From assembly GCA_002633005.1 (NCBI GenBank), contig NMRA01000243.1:526140-590139 (forward strand): a stretch of 64,000 nucleotides of DNA, written 5' to 3'. Source of the stretch: Phoronis australis (taxonomy: Eukaryota; Animalia; Phoronida). Both the position numbers and the translations under genes were made by a program. Below the pieces are notes generated by a model. The model ran no database searches. It was given only the letters and a program-made list of their open reading frames with translations, and had not been told where the DNA came from. This document shows positions 25,194-37,650 of this stretch, piece after piece (position 1 is the first letter of the stretch; the number at the start of each line of letters is the position of its first letter).

Positions 25194-25583
25194 AATAGCG
25201 GATTTGCAGCGCAGACGAACTATGCATTGCGCATGTGCGAGTTACTTCCTTCGCGAAGGCTCATGGGATAGCTTGTGGTCAGGCATGTCTTGAGCAGGCT
25301 GGATAGTGTGTGCATTTGGAGTGATTTGCAAACTAAAAACCATGTNTATCCATTTTCACGAAGTTCTTGGTTTGCTGGGTACACATAAAAACTCAGATTT
25401 TTATCTCTCTTGTTGTTTTTGAAGCAGCCAGGAACACAACAAGTGTATCCGCCGTAAGTTTTCTTCGCGCTCATACCGCGTATTATGCTTGTTACTATGG
25501 CCGCTTTCAGAATCCTGACCACAGCACCCACAATGCACCATTTTAACCTAATTTCAATATGGCGTCGCTGCAAATCCGCTATT
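25194..25583 (-). mobile_element. Short DNA transposon derivative with perfect 18-bp TIRs and a THAP-domain N-terminus
   Basis: AATAGCGGATTTGCAGCG (25194-25211) and CGCTGCAAATCCGCTATT (25566-25583). The inner - strand encodes [39 protein letters not shown] (THAP zinc-finger start). An N at 25346 means the length may be under-assembled. Confidence 0.8.
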
Positions 25584-26033
25584 CACCACTCGCTTGAAAT
25601 TAGGCCGATGCATCGCATTTAGCGGGGTCATGCAAGATGATGCTTGTGGAGCACAAGATTTGCGTAGTATTTGATGAGTACATGTAGTCGACGCGATCTT
25701 ACACAAAAGTAGAACTACACGTTCAGAACGGCGACTCGGGAGAATGGATTAGGGGCGCAAAATGTATTATAAACTCGCGCGTGACTCGGACGCCCAAAGC
25801 TCTGCTGAAGCTTTTTCTAACTGACGTCGTCTTGCTGGTAATCAACGGTTTAACCCAAATGTGATAAAAGAGTCCATTTCCTGTCATTGTGTCGTATCGA
25901 AATTTTACATTTTTTGTTGAAATATTTTAGTAATGTAAGCCTACAAATCATGAATCTCCCAGCAGAGTTTCCCAGTTTCAAAGCTGGGCACTCAGACGCC
26001 AGTTATGAAGATTTACTTGTTGACACTGTTCAC

Positions 26034-26176
26034 CTTTGCCGTTGAGGTTTGTCTATAGACGATGATTTCCGGAGTGCGGGTGGCTGAGACACAGACGACG
26101 ACTTCCGGGGTGGTCCAGCGTAGCTTGTCCTTCTGCCGCCAACGCCGGTTGTGCTGCCAACGATCGCGTTATTCAT
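26034..26176 (-). CDS. Coding exon of the CaaX gene (MNNAIVGSTTGVGGRRTSYAGPPRKSSSVSQPPALRKSSSIDKPQRQ)
   Basis: Acceptor ttttatttcttcag|G-ATG and donor AAG|gtgaac (phase 2). GC-rich island in AT-rich DNA. Splices in frame to 20398. Confidence 0.75.
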
Positions 26177-28059
26177 CCTGAAGAAATAAAAAGCTCTTTA
26201 AGCACATAATCCGTCAATCAAACAGGCCTGTTAACAATGTGCCGCACTCAGTGAAGTGAATTGTTAACAGTGGCAGTTAAGACAAGATAATTGTTTATTA
26301 CATCGGTTCCCAGTGTAAACGATGTTTGATAATAACACGTCGACAAGACATTCCAGCTCAAAGTTTTTATGTCCCTACGCTCATGCGCATTAACTGTCAA
26401 TTAGACCATGTTTTATGAAAAAACGTGCATTATAGTGTATGCACGGGACCAATTCATGTAGATTAATGTGTGTGACACGCAATGGGATTTGAGGTAGTAA
26501 AGTAAAGCCTTTACCACCTGGGGTTTAACTAATTCTCCAATCAAAAATAATCTAGATTTACGATGACTAACTCTATAATTATGAGTGGCAAGCATCAATA
26601 ATTTACAAGCTGAGTTCAACGAATTCGTATTTAGAACCCCACCAATGCCTTCCGGGGCGTCGTCTGTTGGTTTCAGATGAACGTTCTTGGACCAGCATTA
26701 CCAATCAATAGACCCTGACAGGGACGAAACATTACATAAAAATTGGACTTTCTATCGATTTCTGAATCCGACGATCTTTTGGCGAATTATTTCCCAACAA
26801 GGTTCATACAAAACGATGCAACCTATACGTGTAACGCGAGCATCAAAATAGTGAGGTGATTACGAACTAACTAAACTATTTTAATTTCAAGACATTCCTG
26901 AAATTCCTAAAAACAAGTTGATGGTCAGCAACAATCTAGCTTTATTTTCTTGACGATAAAGCAACGAGATCTGTTAATAATAAATACTCCATTCAGTAGA
27001 TAAAGTTTGTTGACTCCGAAAGATTTTCAGCTTCTGTGTAAGTGACCTGAGAAAATGTTTCTAAACACTGCGGCAACTTGGTCATTGCATGTAGTTTGTT
27101 GACGCTAATATCCCTCATTCTTTCTAACTTCAACGTTCGCATATTTGCACCTGACTATCCTTAGAAAATGTGTCCACACCCTTCTTCCAGACTGCGTGAG
27201 ATCACGCGATAAGCAAATGAAGCGTGCAGAAAGCAGTAAAGCAGTATAGAAAACCTATCCCACTAAACAAATCTTCGTCTGGCTCTTCTTCAAAACATCG
27301 CTTGATCAATCGTCTGCTTGACAATGCACTGTCTTACTTAGACAGTGAAATACGGACAGACAGATATCATCAATTGCAAGTCTGATTTGCATGTCGATGA
27401 ATTCGAGGACACAAACTAAGTAGAAAATTATCCGTACAGCTTAACCGATTAACCAGCTCATAGCCGTCTCAATAAAACAGTGTCCGGTTTGTAATTCGAA
27501 CTCCAATTTGTCTGTATGACATTTCGGTTCTACTTAAGTGTCTGTGATTCTGTTCTCGAGTATTCGGATGTTTAGTGATGACGACGTGCGCATGTGCTAA
27601 CTCAGTACCTTCATCTGCAGAGCTCACGAAAATATTCGTCTTTTTCCATCCGTTGTTGTACTAAAATAGAGATGTTACCGTACAACACTTTATACCGTAA
27701 TACATACCACTTCTGTCTTCAACTTACCGGCAAATCTTACCTGAATTTTACTCAAGTTTCTCTTTTCTAAACCTGCTGACATCACTGAGTTATCTCCCGC
27801 CATAATAGATCCTTCGCTTGCACTGACTTGGAATGTTAAAGGTTTGTCATAACATATCTACTCTATTACCCGATTCACTCACATAGTTACCATCCCATCG
27901 ATGCTCAAATAATCTCTTAATTGGTGTCAGTATCACCTGGACATGTTGGTTCCTAAACTCCCTACAAATAACACCGGCACTTTGTTGCCGGCGGTCTGCC
28001 ATAGTGTCATACTCAGAAGACGACAGACACGATATGCCAGTTAAACGTATTCTGGACAT

Positions 28060-29736
28060 TGGTATAGATACGCCCAATGAGGGCACAAGCCCCTATAACT
28101 CCATACATGATATATCTTTCCACACTGACGATATATGCAAAATGCTGCAGAATCTCCACCCTCACAAAGTCGTTTGGCCAGATGAAACATCTCCTCACAT
28201 TCTTAAAGCAGCCAAGGAAGAAATTGCACCTTTCCTTCAGGAAATCTTTACCAAAACCTATGAATCATCTACAATTCCGTCAGAATGGCGAACTGCAAAT
28301 GTAGCACCCATCTTCCAAACGACGATAAAACATTGGCTTCAAATTACTGCCCAATATCACTCAGTTGCATATGCTTCAAACTTATAGAGCACATAGTTGT
28401 CAGTAACATTATGCCTCAACGTGACACAAATAATATACTTTACACCTGGCAGCAGGGTTTTCGTAGTCGTAGATTGTGCGAAACACAACTTGTCACATTC
28501 ATTGATGACCTACTCCAAGCTATGGAGGCAGGCACTCAAACCGACGCGGTTGTGCTGGACTTCTCCAAAGCCTTTGATAAGGTGTCTCATCCAAGACTCT
28601 TGGAGAACATCAGATGCTACGGTGTAGGGGTCTCACCCACAATTGGATTCAGTCTTGTCTATTTCATAGGACTCAGAGAGTCGTCGCCGATGGTGAGTTC
28701 TCAAATTCCTAACCAGTTCACTCAGGGGTGCCCATGGCTCTGTCCCTGGTCATACACTCTTCATACTCTATATTAACGACCTTCCTGACTCCATTCTTTA
28801 AAATGTCCGTCTCTTTGCCTATGTAGACCTATCGCTTCCTCTCATGATTGCCAAATACTTCAACACGACTAACAATCCCTAGCCTCCTGGGAAAAATCCT
28901 GGAAAATGAACTTCAACGTTTCCAAACGCAGTATTCAACGTGTCCACAGAAAATTTTACCCCATAATATACAATTACAGTCTTCAAATGCATAAATCAAG
29001 CTTCAAACCTTGGGGTCACTCTTACCAATGATTTATCGTGGAACACTCATAAAGAAACGACCTCTAAGGCAAACAGAGCTCTTGGTTTCATTAAACGCAA
29101 CCTCAAACATACACCTCGTGAAACAAAGGCCTTGGCCTCTACTTCACCAGTGAGGCCCAAACTTGAGAATTCCTCCTCTGTCTGGGATCAATCCACTCAC
29201 TGACAAGATAGAAAGAATACAGCAAAGAGCAGCCAGGTTCGTCCTAAATGCCCACTCCAGATACTCCTCTGTTTCGACTATGCTCACCACTCTCAAATGG
29301 CCCAATCTTCAAGAAAGACGTCCTCAAAACAAACTGTCTTTCATGTACAAAACCGGTACACAACCTGGTTGTCATTCCCCAAACACACCCTCCACCCCTA
29401 CATATTTCTAGATCACGTAATTCTCACTCTCATACCTTTGAGAGAACGTATACTGCATACTACGCAAAGTCTTTCTTCCCATCTACTATTTTACTCTCGA
29501 ATAGACTCCCACAACATGCCATCCCATCGGAAACAACAGAGATGTTCACAAGTCACATCTTGAACATCAACCTTACTCAGTAAACTCTAACATTTGTTTT
29601 TATCCTGGCACTATCCCGCACTTTGTTTTGTTGTTATTTTCACAGCTATGCTCAGTTCAAATTATCACTAACATGCGCCAACATATAAGGATCGGTATTT
29701 CGAATGTTTGTTGAAACTGGAAGAAGAAAAAGAAGA
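28060..29736 (+). mobile_element. 5'-truncated, frameshifted non-LTR retrotransposon (LINE, CR1/L2-type RT)
   Basis: RT motifs spread across frames: WRTANVAPIF, NYCPISLSCICFKLIEHIV, QQGFRSRRLCETQL, VLDFSKAFDKVSH, LFILYINDL, IERIQQRAARFV, SFFPST. Ends in a (GAA)-rich tail at 29720-29736. Confidence 0.92.
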
Positions 29737-29743
29737 CTTGTCG

Positions 29744-29852
29744 TGGCAGTAGATGACGCAATTTGGACCCAGAAATAAGAATAGACATGCCGTCACACTG
29801 GTCCAAAACGTCATAGCGACGTCAAAATGACGTCAGACTAAACGTTCCTATA
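29744..29852 (+). repeat. Dispersed repeat, copy 2 (see 10831-10940)
   Basis: Near-identical to 10831-10940 and abuts the LINE 3' tail. Confidence 0.85.
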
Positions 29853-30059
29853 TTAAGGACTACATGGATGGAGGTCTGATTCTAGTTCACTCTTCACCAC
29901 CCCGTTAGATAGGTTCGAGTTTGAGGACGAAATTTAGAGTTTGAATTCGACATTTTATATGTTTTAATGTTGTAAGACGTCAAGATAAGTGTCTGTTTTT
30001 CTCTGTGCGTGATTGTGTCTCGGTTTGTACTGATGCGTGTATAGTCTTAGTTCGCGCTT

Positions 30060-30853
30060 GAAGACCCCTAACCTGCGTTTGAGCTACAAAAAACTCATGA
30101 TTTCAGTTAAAAACTCAAAGTTCAGACCCTAATTTATAGCGTTACATGTAATTCTGGAGTCACCAAGTGCAGCTTAGATAAAGTCATCCGAGAAGGTCCT
30201 AGTGCATTCGAGCACATTATAATCGACACTTATTTTGAATTCGCTCAAAAGTAGAACGTGAAATGTAAAAAAATTGAGTTCGATTTCGAGTACAACAATT
30301 AGAACCCCGGACCTAGGAGTCTTCAAGTGTGGACTTGAACTAGAACCTTTTCTGTGTAAAGCATGGTGTACCGAACACAATCATAGACATTTACCTTGAG
30401 TTCATTCTAAAAGGAAAAAGAAAAGAATTAAAAAGAATTTGGAATTCGTTTTCGGAGATTATGGCCCAGGGTCTAATTTTTTACGCAAAATCGATCTCGT
30501 AATTATATTTTGGCGTTTTCTGTTTATCTATTTTTGTGCGAACTCAAGATAAGCTTCTATTATTCTGTGCTCGAGTGCATAATGCCTCACGTGGATAACT
30601 GTCTAATCCTAATTGTCACTTGACGGCCCTAACATTAAGCTAAAAGTTTGAGTCTGAACTCGATATTTCGAGTTTTAATTCGAAATGTTTGACCAGAGTT
30701 CGTAGCTCGAATCTAGGGGTTATCAAGTGCATAAACCATTATGCACTCGAGCATAGAGTAACAGACCTTGAGTTCGCACAAAAGTAGATCAACAGAAAAC
30801 AACAAAAATAATTTCTAGTTCCATTTTGCATACAAAGATTAGATCCCCGGCCC
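30060..30853. repeat. Complex foldback (nested inverted repeats)
   Basis: ~30463-30584 is the reverse complement of ~30737-30853 (TGTGCGAACTCAAG...TGCTCGAGTGCATAATG / CATTATGCACTCGAGCA...CTTGAGTTCGCACA). ~30060-30140 pairs with ~30635-30725, and a further arm-like copy lies near 30203-30260. Confidence 0.7.
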
Positions 30854-32655
30854 GGGCTCGAGGCTCTATTCCTTTTAAGTTGTACCCCCATTATAGAGAC
30901 AGACACGTAGTGCATATCAAGAGGTTTAGAAGGTAGTTGAGTGACAGTCTGGTAAAGGATTGACCTCACTAAGTTGCAATGTTTCGTTTCTCTCTACAGC
31001 ACGCTGACTTCGCGATTGCAATGACATGCCTACGCGACCACCTCAGCTTACGAACTTTGCGAAAGCGGGCTCCAGGGGGCTCATAACATGCCCTCTTTAA
31101 TAGATCTGTACAAAAACCAAGAAAACATAGAGAATAATCAAAACTGTCACAACACCAGTGCATCTGAATTACAATGTCAAAACACGGCGTGTCCATATCT
31201 ACAACGATGATCAAAAATGGCAGTGCTTTGAATCGCTTTCAGAGTGTGTGTTTCCTTCCGAATATTGATAAAATGAAATAGTTAGAATATAAATTCACAC
31301 TCATAAGCTTCGTAGCGGTCCCGTGTAGGTTTTTAATGCTCAAAAGTCCTAATGAAAATTTAGCAAGGCAGCCACATAAAGTTGAACTATGTGTATCTCC
31401 GCCTGAAAGAATTCTACGTCGACACCCTAGCAGGTCGAGATTGGGCAACTCGACCGGTTTGCGCACCACAGAATTTGCCGGTTCAGATCAAACACACCGT
31501 GCTGCTGAGGTTGTTTAAATCGCATCAAGCTGCTGATGTTATCCTTCTCTAGATAATGAGACCATCCTAAACACATTAGGAGCGACAATAGGTTTTTTAA
31601 ATTTTCGTTTCGGAAGTTTGTAAATAGCATATTTGAATAGTTCGTGATTAGGTTTTTGAATTTCGAGAATTAGACTAGGAATGTGACTTTTACGACCTGA
31701 AACATTTGTTCAATGTTGCAATGATATGTTCTTCATTAATCTTGGTAGGTGTGTAACATAATTGGAACAATTACCAAACCACGTGGCAGAGTTGGGTATT
31801 GAGATAAGAGAAGTGTTATCGTTGGCATGACTTCTCGGTCTTCTTGCAAGGTGTTCTGGATCCATGCAAAGGAGGTAAGCGCTGGCGTTTGCTTATTCCG
31901 AAAGTCTATTAATTTTACCTCCAAACAGCACGTACATAGAATAACATATTTTTACACGACTATTGATACGTGTCTCCTCTGATTGGTTATAACGGTGACT
32001 TCCGTTATGAGACGATGTTGTCCGGCAGCCGAGTGACATCACTTTCCAAACCGCTCTTTTCGTGAACGAACTGACCAAATACAGGCTGAAGAATGGACAA
32101 ATCCATGAACTTGTAAACAGTGTTAGCGGGTAGACGTTGATAGTCCACCAAAACAGGAAAAACATGACAATCTAACCGATGACGAAATCAGAGGATCGGT
32201 GGTCGTACAGTAGAACAAATTGACAGTGATCTCTGGGGAATGTCGGGCCATGTGGACCAAGGGTGATCAATTTTGCACTACCTCGGATGCAATATCAGGT
32301 CTAACGCGCCAATGGAGAGTAATGCTACACGAGGCCGACGGATTGGTCCATGTTTGTTTTCTTATACGACCCCTGACGATTCTGTCCTCATCTCTTCACT
32401 TGTTAGACTGGCATGTTTTACTACCTGTTTTTGTACTGCCACAGTCATCTCGCTCTTGTTTATACAACCTGGGTATTATGGTTCCCACAGCGTGTGATTG
32501 GTCAGTTCACGATTAGTAGCGTCTGTTGTCAAGGCGGCTTGAATAAAAAAATTGGCCTCAAAACGTAATTTATTGCATTGCATTTTAGTCAATCAGATGA
32601 CAGAAGTGTCAGTGGTCGTGCAACATAACTTGCGATTGCTCTCGGAAACAGTCAC

Positions 32656-32817
32656 CAGGGGCGGATCCAGGATTTTGAGTTGGGGGACAGGGCAAAGTGT
32701 TAGCCAGGATTTTGACATTTGCACTCCCGAACTGCCAAATGGAATATTAGAGAATTTGAGGGGAGGAATCCATGGCCCCATTGCCCCCCCACCCCCCACC
32801 CCCTAAATCCACCACTG
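32656..32817. mobile_element. MITE with 5-bp TSD (GTCAC), hAT5-like
   Basis: CAGGGGCGGATCCAGG...CCTAAATCCACCACTG flanked by GTCAC. Body is shared, in reverse orientation, with 48987-49144 and 51411-51554. Confidence 0.85.
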
Positions 32818-33812
32818 GTCACTATGTATATATTATATCGTACTCAGTGCGCACTACGTGTACTTGATTAAGTCCTCTTTTGCAATAACTATAATACAGA
32901 CAAGTGTAGTATTATCGGGATTTGGGACTTGCTCACGCAAAGGTTACGGGATATTTACAACGCTGATTCCTAAAGCATAAACATCATTTCCACAAGTCAT
33001 CAGTCTTTCCTTTAATATTGTAACTGACTATTTTTTCTTGGAGGCTGTGATAATATTGATATCGACGTGGGCCGCATTGTCTGTTCAGCGGAGACCGATC
33101 ATTCGAAAAATCAAATGTTATTTGCATGCACGCTTTGAACTAATATTGTACTTAAAGTATTATGACTATAATCGTTCAGCCATGATAGTTTGATTTTTCC
33201 CAGCATTAAAATAAAAGTAGTCCAAAGCGTATCAAAACCATGAGCCTAATCACTTTGCTTTGACTGTACATATATAATACTTCGACATTTATACAGTCCC
33301 ATGTTCGATATCGCACTGAAAAATACATAATTTCAAGTCTCGCTGTTATTGAAAAGTTCTTTGTAAGATTGAGAACAGTTCAACTACTGATTCACGCATC
33401 CTGGATTAAAGAACTTAATCAAACGATCCTGTTTTACCATAAAACAAAAAATTACATTTTCTACGCAGAGCCTAAACGGAAATTTGCAAGCAGTCGTAAA
33501 TTTTGGCGCAAATCTTGGTTTAGACTCTGGGTGAAAAATGTCCGAAACTAAACACATTTTAGTGAAACAGACTTGTGTCATGAGAGTCACTTAAGACTTA
33601 AGACAGAAAGTTGGCCTTATTCTCCCACTTCACAATTGCTAAAAACAGTTTAGTCAATCGCCAGGATTTTGAGTGACGGCTTAACTGACCATTTAGAACT
33701 CATCATTCTTGACACACCTTCGTTTCCAAGCCGCCATTTTACCCGACAATCAACACGTTGCCGGGTAAAACTTATTGTTTGTTAGTCGACATTACACAAA
33801 GGGGTGGAGCCA

Positions 33813-34239
33813 CCCGTTCCAAACGCCGTAAATGCAAGCCGTTATATGCTTGCAGCTCGAGGTAATATACTACTACAATACATTATACACCGTAACACTC
33901 TTCAACGAGTCCTACATTCGTGTTACAGTGCGCTCCAGGATCAAGTCGATATTTACTTTTGTTGCCAAGATTTTGGCTTATATTCAGCTTCGAGACTAGT
34001 GGCAATATGTATTTTCCGCGGAATTTAAAAAGTGGCAGCCTCAGATAAAAGAACCGCTAACGCAGGTCTCGCGATTTCACACTTGTTCTCGTTGTTCAAA
34101 GAAAAGGCCGTCTGGGTGTGGGCTTGTTAAAAAGTGTTACAATGTATAATTTATTGTGGTAATATATTACAGTGAGCTGCAAGCATGTAACGGCTTGCAT
34201 TTAATGGACTCTTGAATGGTGGGCGGCGTTTGGAACGGG
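33813..34239. mobile_element. MITE with long (~100-bp) TIRs
   Basis: CCCGTTCCAAACGCCG-TAAATGCAAGCCGTTATATGCTTGCAGCTC...ATTATACA..GTAACACT recurs inverted at ~34115-34239. Flanks GGGTGGAGC / GGGCGGAGC resemble a decayed TSD. Confidence 0.75.
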
Positions 34240-36822
34240 GGGCGGAGCTTAGTATAGGTCAATCATGAGCGCACCCAAGTCTAGAAAAAAATTATGGAGA
34301 TTATCTCAGTAACTAGCAGTTGTGTGTGTGTGAGTGTTCAGAGTCTTTGCACATTTGCTCAAATGAGATTAATTTTTTTCAGAAGTAGTGTGGAGCGTAA
34401 GACCAAATTTCTTACATAAGTCCCCGTTTCATTAAATTAGGTTGCGTGAACCATTAGATGATTTGAACCCAAGCATGTTCTCGATGCTGCAAAGAACTTG
34501 AAAGCACGACTGTCTTCTTCAGCGTGGAATCGAACATATGATTAATGTTGGAAACTGCAAGGGAGTATCTTTGTTAATAACCAATACATCAGCTCAAAAA
34601 ACAGATTTTTCCCAGATTCTGTTAAATAGACATAAATCATAAGAAATTCCCAGTGTATTGACAAAATACATGTTGAGTGTGCTAGTACTAACAAAACCAA
34701 ATTCCAATAGGTTTTCATGGAACCAAAAACGGCCTTTGCCGGTTATATTTCGCTTCTTTTTCTTTTTGTCTTTTTGTAACCACGACGAATCAAATTGTCT
34801 GCCATCTATGCTCACAGATTTTTACCTAATGACGTCATTTTTAATTAGTAGTGACCGAGCGCTAGCCAATGAGCTAAGTGAATGCTGTATTTTCACCGCT
34901 AGGTGGAGTCAGTGACAAGCCAACAGTAAAATTACTAATCTTCGAGTGAATAAGTACTTTTGGAGGGATTGCTTTTTTGGCAGTTATATTTGCCGTATCA
35001 TTTCTGCAGATACAATTCTTTGTGCGTGTGCGGGTCAATAATTGCTGTGCAATGCAAGTGGGATATGTATGTTACTAAATTCCCCAACTCTGTTTAGACT
35101 CAGTGTTGATTTACTGACCACTGAGACAAAATATGAAGTTTTGAATAGCACGATAATTTCTATTAAAACTGCTAAACCAGAAACCAATTCCACTAAAATC
35201 ATATCAACATGCCGTAGGAAAACGACCGATAGACAAATGGGCAAGTTTAACTTAAAACGCTATTGACTTTCGACAAAAAAATCCGGGTATTGTAAAAGAT
35301 TGATATCGTTTTATAGAGTACCTTAGAACGACTCTAAAACAACTTCATCGTTGAGTTAAACATGCTCGGATTCACGTTAGCAACTTCCAAATAACTCGCG
35401 CATTCGTCAATGAAAAAGTTGAATATTTGGAGTTTGTTTACCCTCCAACAAAAGAAAAATTTCGAAATACTGTAGCTGCTAAAAATATTAAAATCTGAAA
35501 TGGCCTCATTTAGAGTTCAAACCTCGACGCACTTACAGGGCCTCACGTACAAGTACTGTGTACATAATATGCATTCAATGTTCGGAAGTATCTTTTGATG
35601 CTTCAGTCAAAACGCTTGTGTTCTCTGATTCGGAAGTGACATGTAAAGTTATTAGCTGATTTCCGAGACTAATATGCAATATTCAAAAACTTGACGTGCT
35701 AGACTGAATTTAGTCTTAAAGCCGGGAAATAGAGTCCAGCATCAGACACGAGTTATGCCAATGAATTTGTATTGTTTCGAATTGGAAATCGGGCCCTGAT
35801 TTATACACTTCCGCACTGGTGTATATCGTTTTCAGACCGGTTATATATGCGTTACACATATAAAACTGAGCGACAACCTTATTCCAGGAAATCGGTCAAC
35901 ACAAAGGCAGCTTCGGGGAAATGCGCAAAACGTACCGGCGTGAGCTCTCCTTAAAATACTACCTTACCTCAATTTAGACACATAACCTGTCAAATGGCCT
36001 CAGTTCAAAATGACGCGTACACCCAGTGGATCACTGGCACCATTCAGCGTCCAACGATTTCATGACCTTTTACTGTAGCGTCAGCTGTTTGCATGAAGTT
36101 ACATGTATATAGTAGTATATCGACCGCGTGGATGGCGCTAGTTTGACATCTAACCAAATAAATCTGCATAACACAGAATCTCTGCATGCAATAGGAAGCG
36201 GCGTTATTTCTAGACATGTATTGTTGTTGTTGATCTCTTGGGGATGTTCGCACATGATCTATCAAGATTTAATTGGTCATTTTTTAAGAACCGTCACATA
36301 GTAACATACAATATGATTAGCCATTGGGAATACTTTTACATGTTTTGTTTTATGTGCCCTAGCGTTGGATTAACATGAAATTGCTTTGAGAAATGTCGTG
36401 TTTAAAGCAACTCTAACACGCTATAGTGTATCGGGCAAAATTTGATGCATGCTGTCGCATTCAAATGGTGAATCATTCTACTTAATTCCCAGAGGACGTA
36501 ATCGTTAAAACTGCAGAAACAGCGTGTTTAAGAACAACAGCATCATAAACTATTTACAGTCTAAACACAGAAGCCGATCACTTGAGAGAACGTCTAAAAC
36601 AAATGACATTAAAATTCATTAAATTGAATAAAGTTGAAAGGTGGAAATATTTCCGCTAACACGGCGTTGACATACCGTCGGATCTGAGGTAAGACGGATC
36701 ATCTGATTTTTTGTCTGAAAAAATCACATGTAATACTAAACTCTCACCAGGGTATAGATTTCAGTAGCTCTCTCGCAGCAAGTAAAATGTAGCCAAAATC
36801 ACGTGCTCTCTTCGAAAGTACT

Positions 36823-37064
36823 TGAGCCTGTTCCAAGAAACTGACTTAAGTTCATTTTTGACTTAAGTTTAAGATTTGTCATAAATTCCAAACTTCGACA
36901 TTCGGTAAGTTAGTCAAAATTAAGACAAAACTTATGTCACACACTTAAGTAGAACTTTAGATCTCTTTCTTGAATTGGTTTTAAGACAAATTTAACTTGT
37001 ATTTTAAAATTTACTAAAATTTAAGATTTGTCTTAGCTAAGTCTGTTTTGTTGGAACGGGCCCC
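36823..37064. mobile_element. MITE with GGGGCC-type TIRs (PIF/Harbinger-like) and internal CTTAAG repeats
   Basis: GAGCCTGTTCCAAGAAACTGACTTA versus the reverse complement of the right end, GGGGCCCGTTCCAACAAAACAGACTTA. A similar lone end lies at ~50810-50826. Confidence 0.6.
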
Positions 37065-37168
37065 TTGTCTCCTGCACAGACCCTATAACCATGTTTTGTA
37101 TATTTAAAATGTATCCTCGTACACGCTATCAGTATCAGTGACATCACAGTGTGAGCACTGGGAACCAG

Positions 37169-37650
37169 CAGCTTCGTCCCTCAACCTCAAGATAGCGCTG
37201 ATCGGTTTAGCCATTTGAGGCTTGGTTATAGGAAATACCTTCTACGCAATGATTGGCCGCAATGTTGACGTCATTATTTTTCAGGTGTTATTGCTGCCAT
37301 TCATGAAGCAGACGGCAATGTTTTGGTTATTGTTTGAAATAAAGTTGATTGGCGTACTTATTTTCAATTCCTTTATAGTAATAGTATCATAGAAATTAAT
37401 CTGTTTTCGAATCAAAATACACCATTTTCGGAATAATTTAGACCTAAATTGCTGCAATATACCGTTAGTTTTCATTTTTATATTAAACTGCAGAAAGTTT
37501 CAAAGCTGATATAACTTCATATTACTTGTGAAATTACGGCAATTTCCGTAAAAGAGTGCCAGAATTCTGACACATTTCATTTCCCATAACCAATTAATCC
37601 TCAAATAACTAAAACCGATCAGCGCCATCTTGAGCTTGGGAACGAGGCTG
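37169..37650. mobile_element. MITE with ~42-bp TIRs and exact 10-bp flanking duplication TGGGAACCAG
   Basis: CAGCTTCGTCCCTCAACCTCAAGATAGCGCTGATCGGTTTAG versus the reverse complement CAGCCTCGTTCCCAAGCTCAAGATGGCGCTGATCGGTTTTAG. TGGGAACCAG at 37159-37168 and 37651-37660. Confidence 0.8.

Noticed and set aside
27720-27800. Two consensus donors on - (CAG|gtaaga, CCG|gtaagt) after ATG TCA GCA GGT...
   Set aside because: From that ATG neither donor is in phase with the 26177 exon. At most a 5' UTR exon, which cannot be supported from sequence alone.
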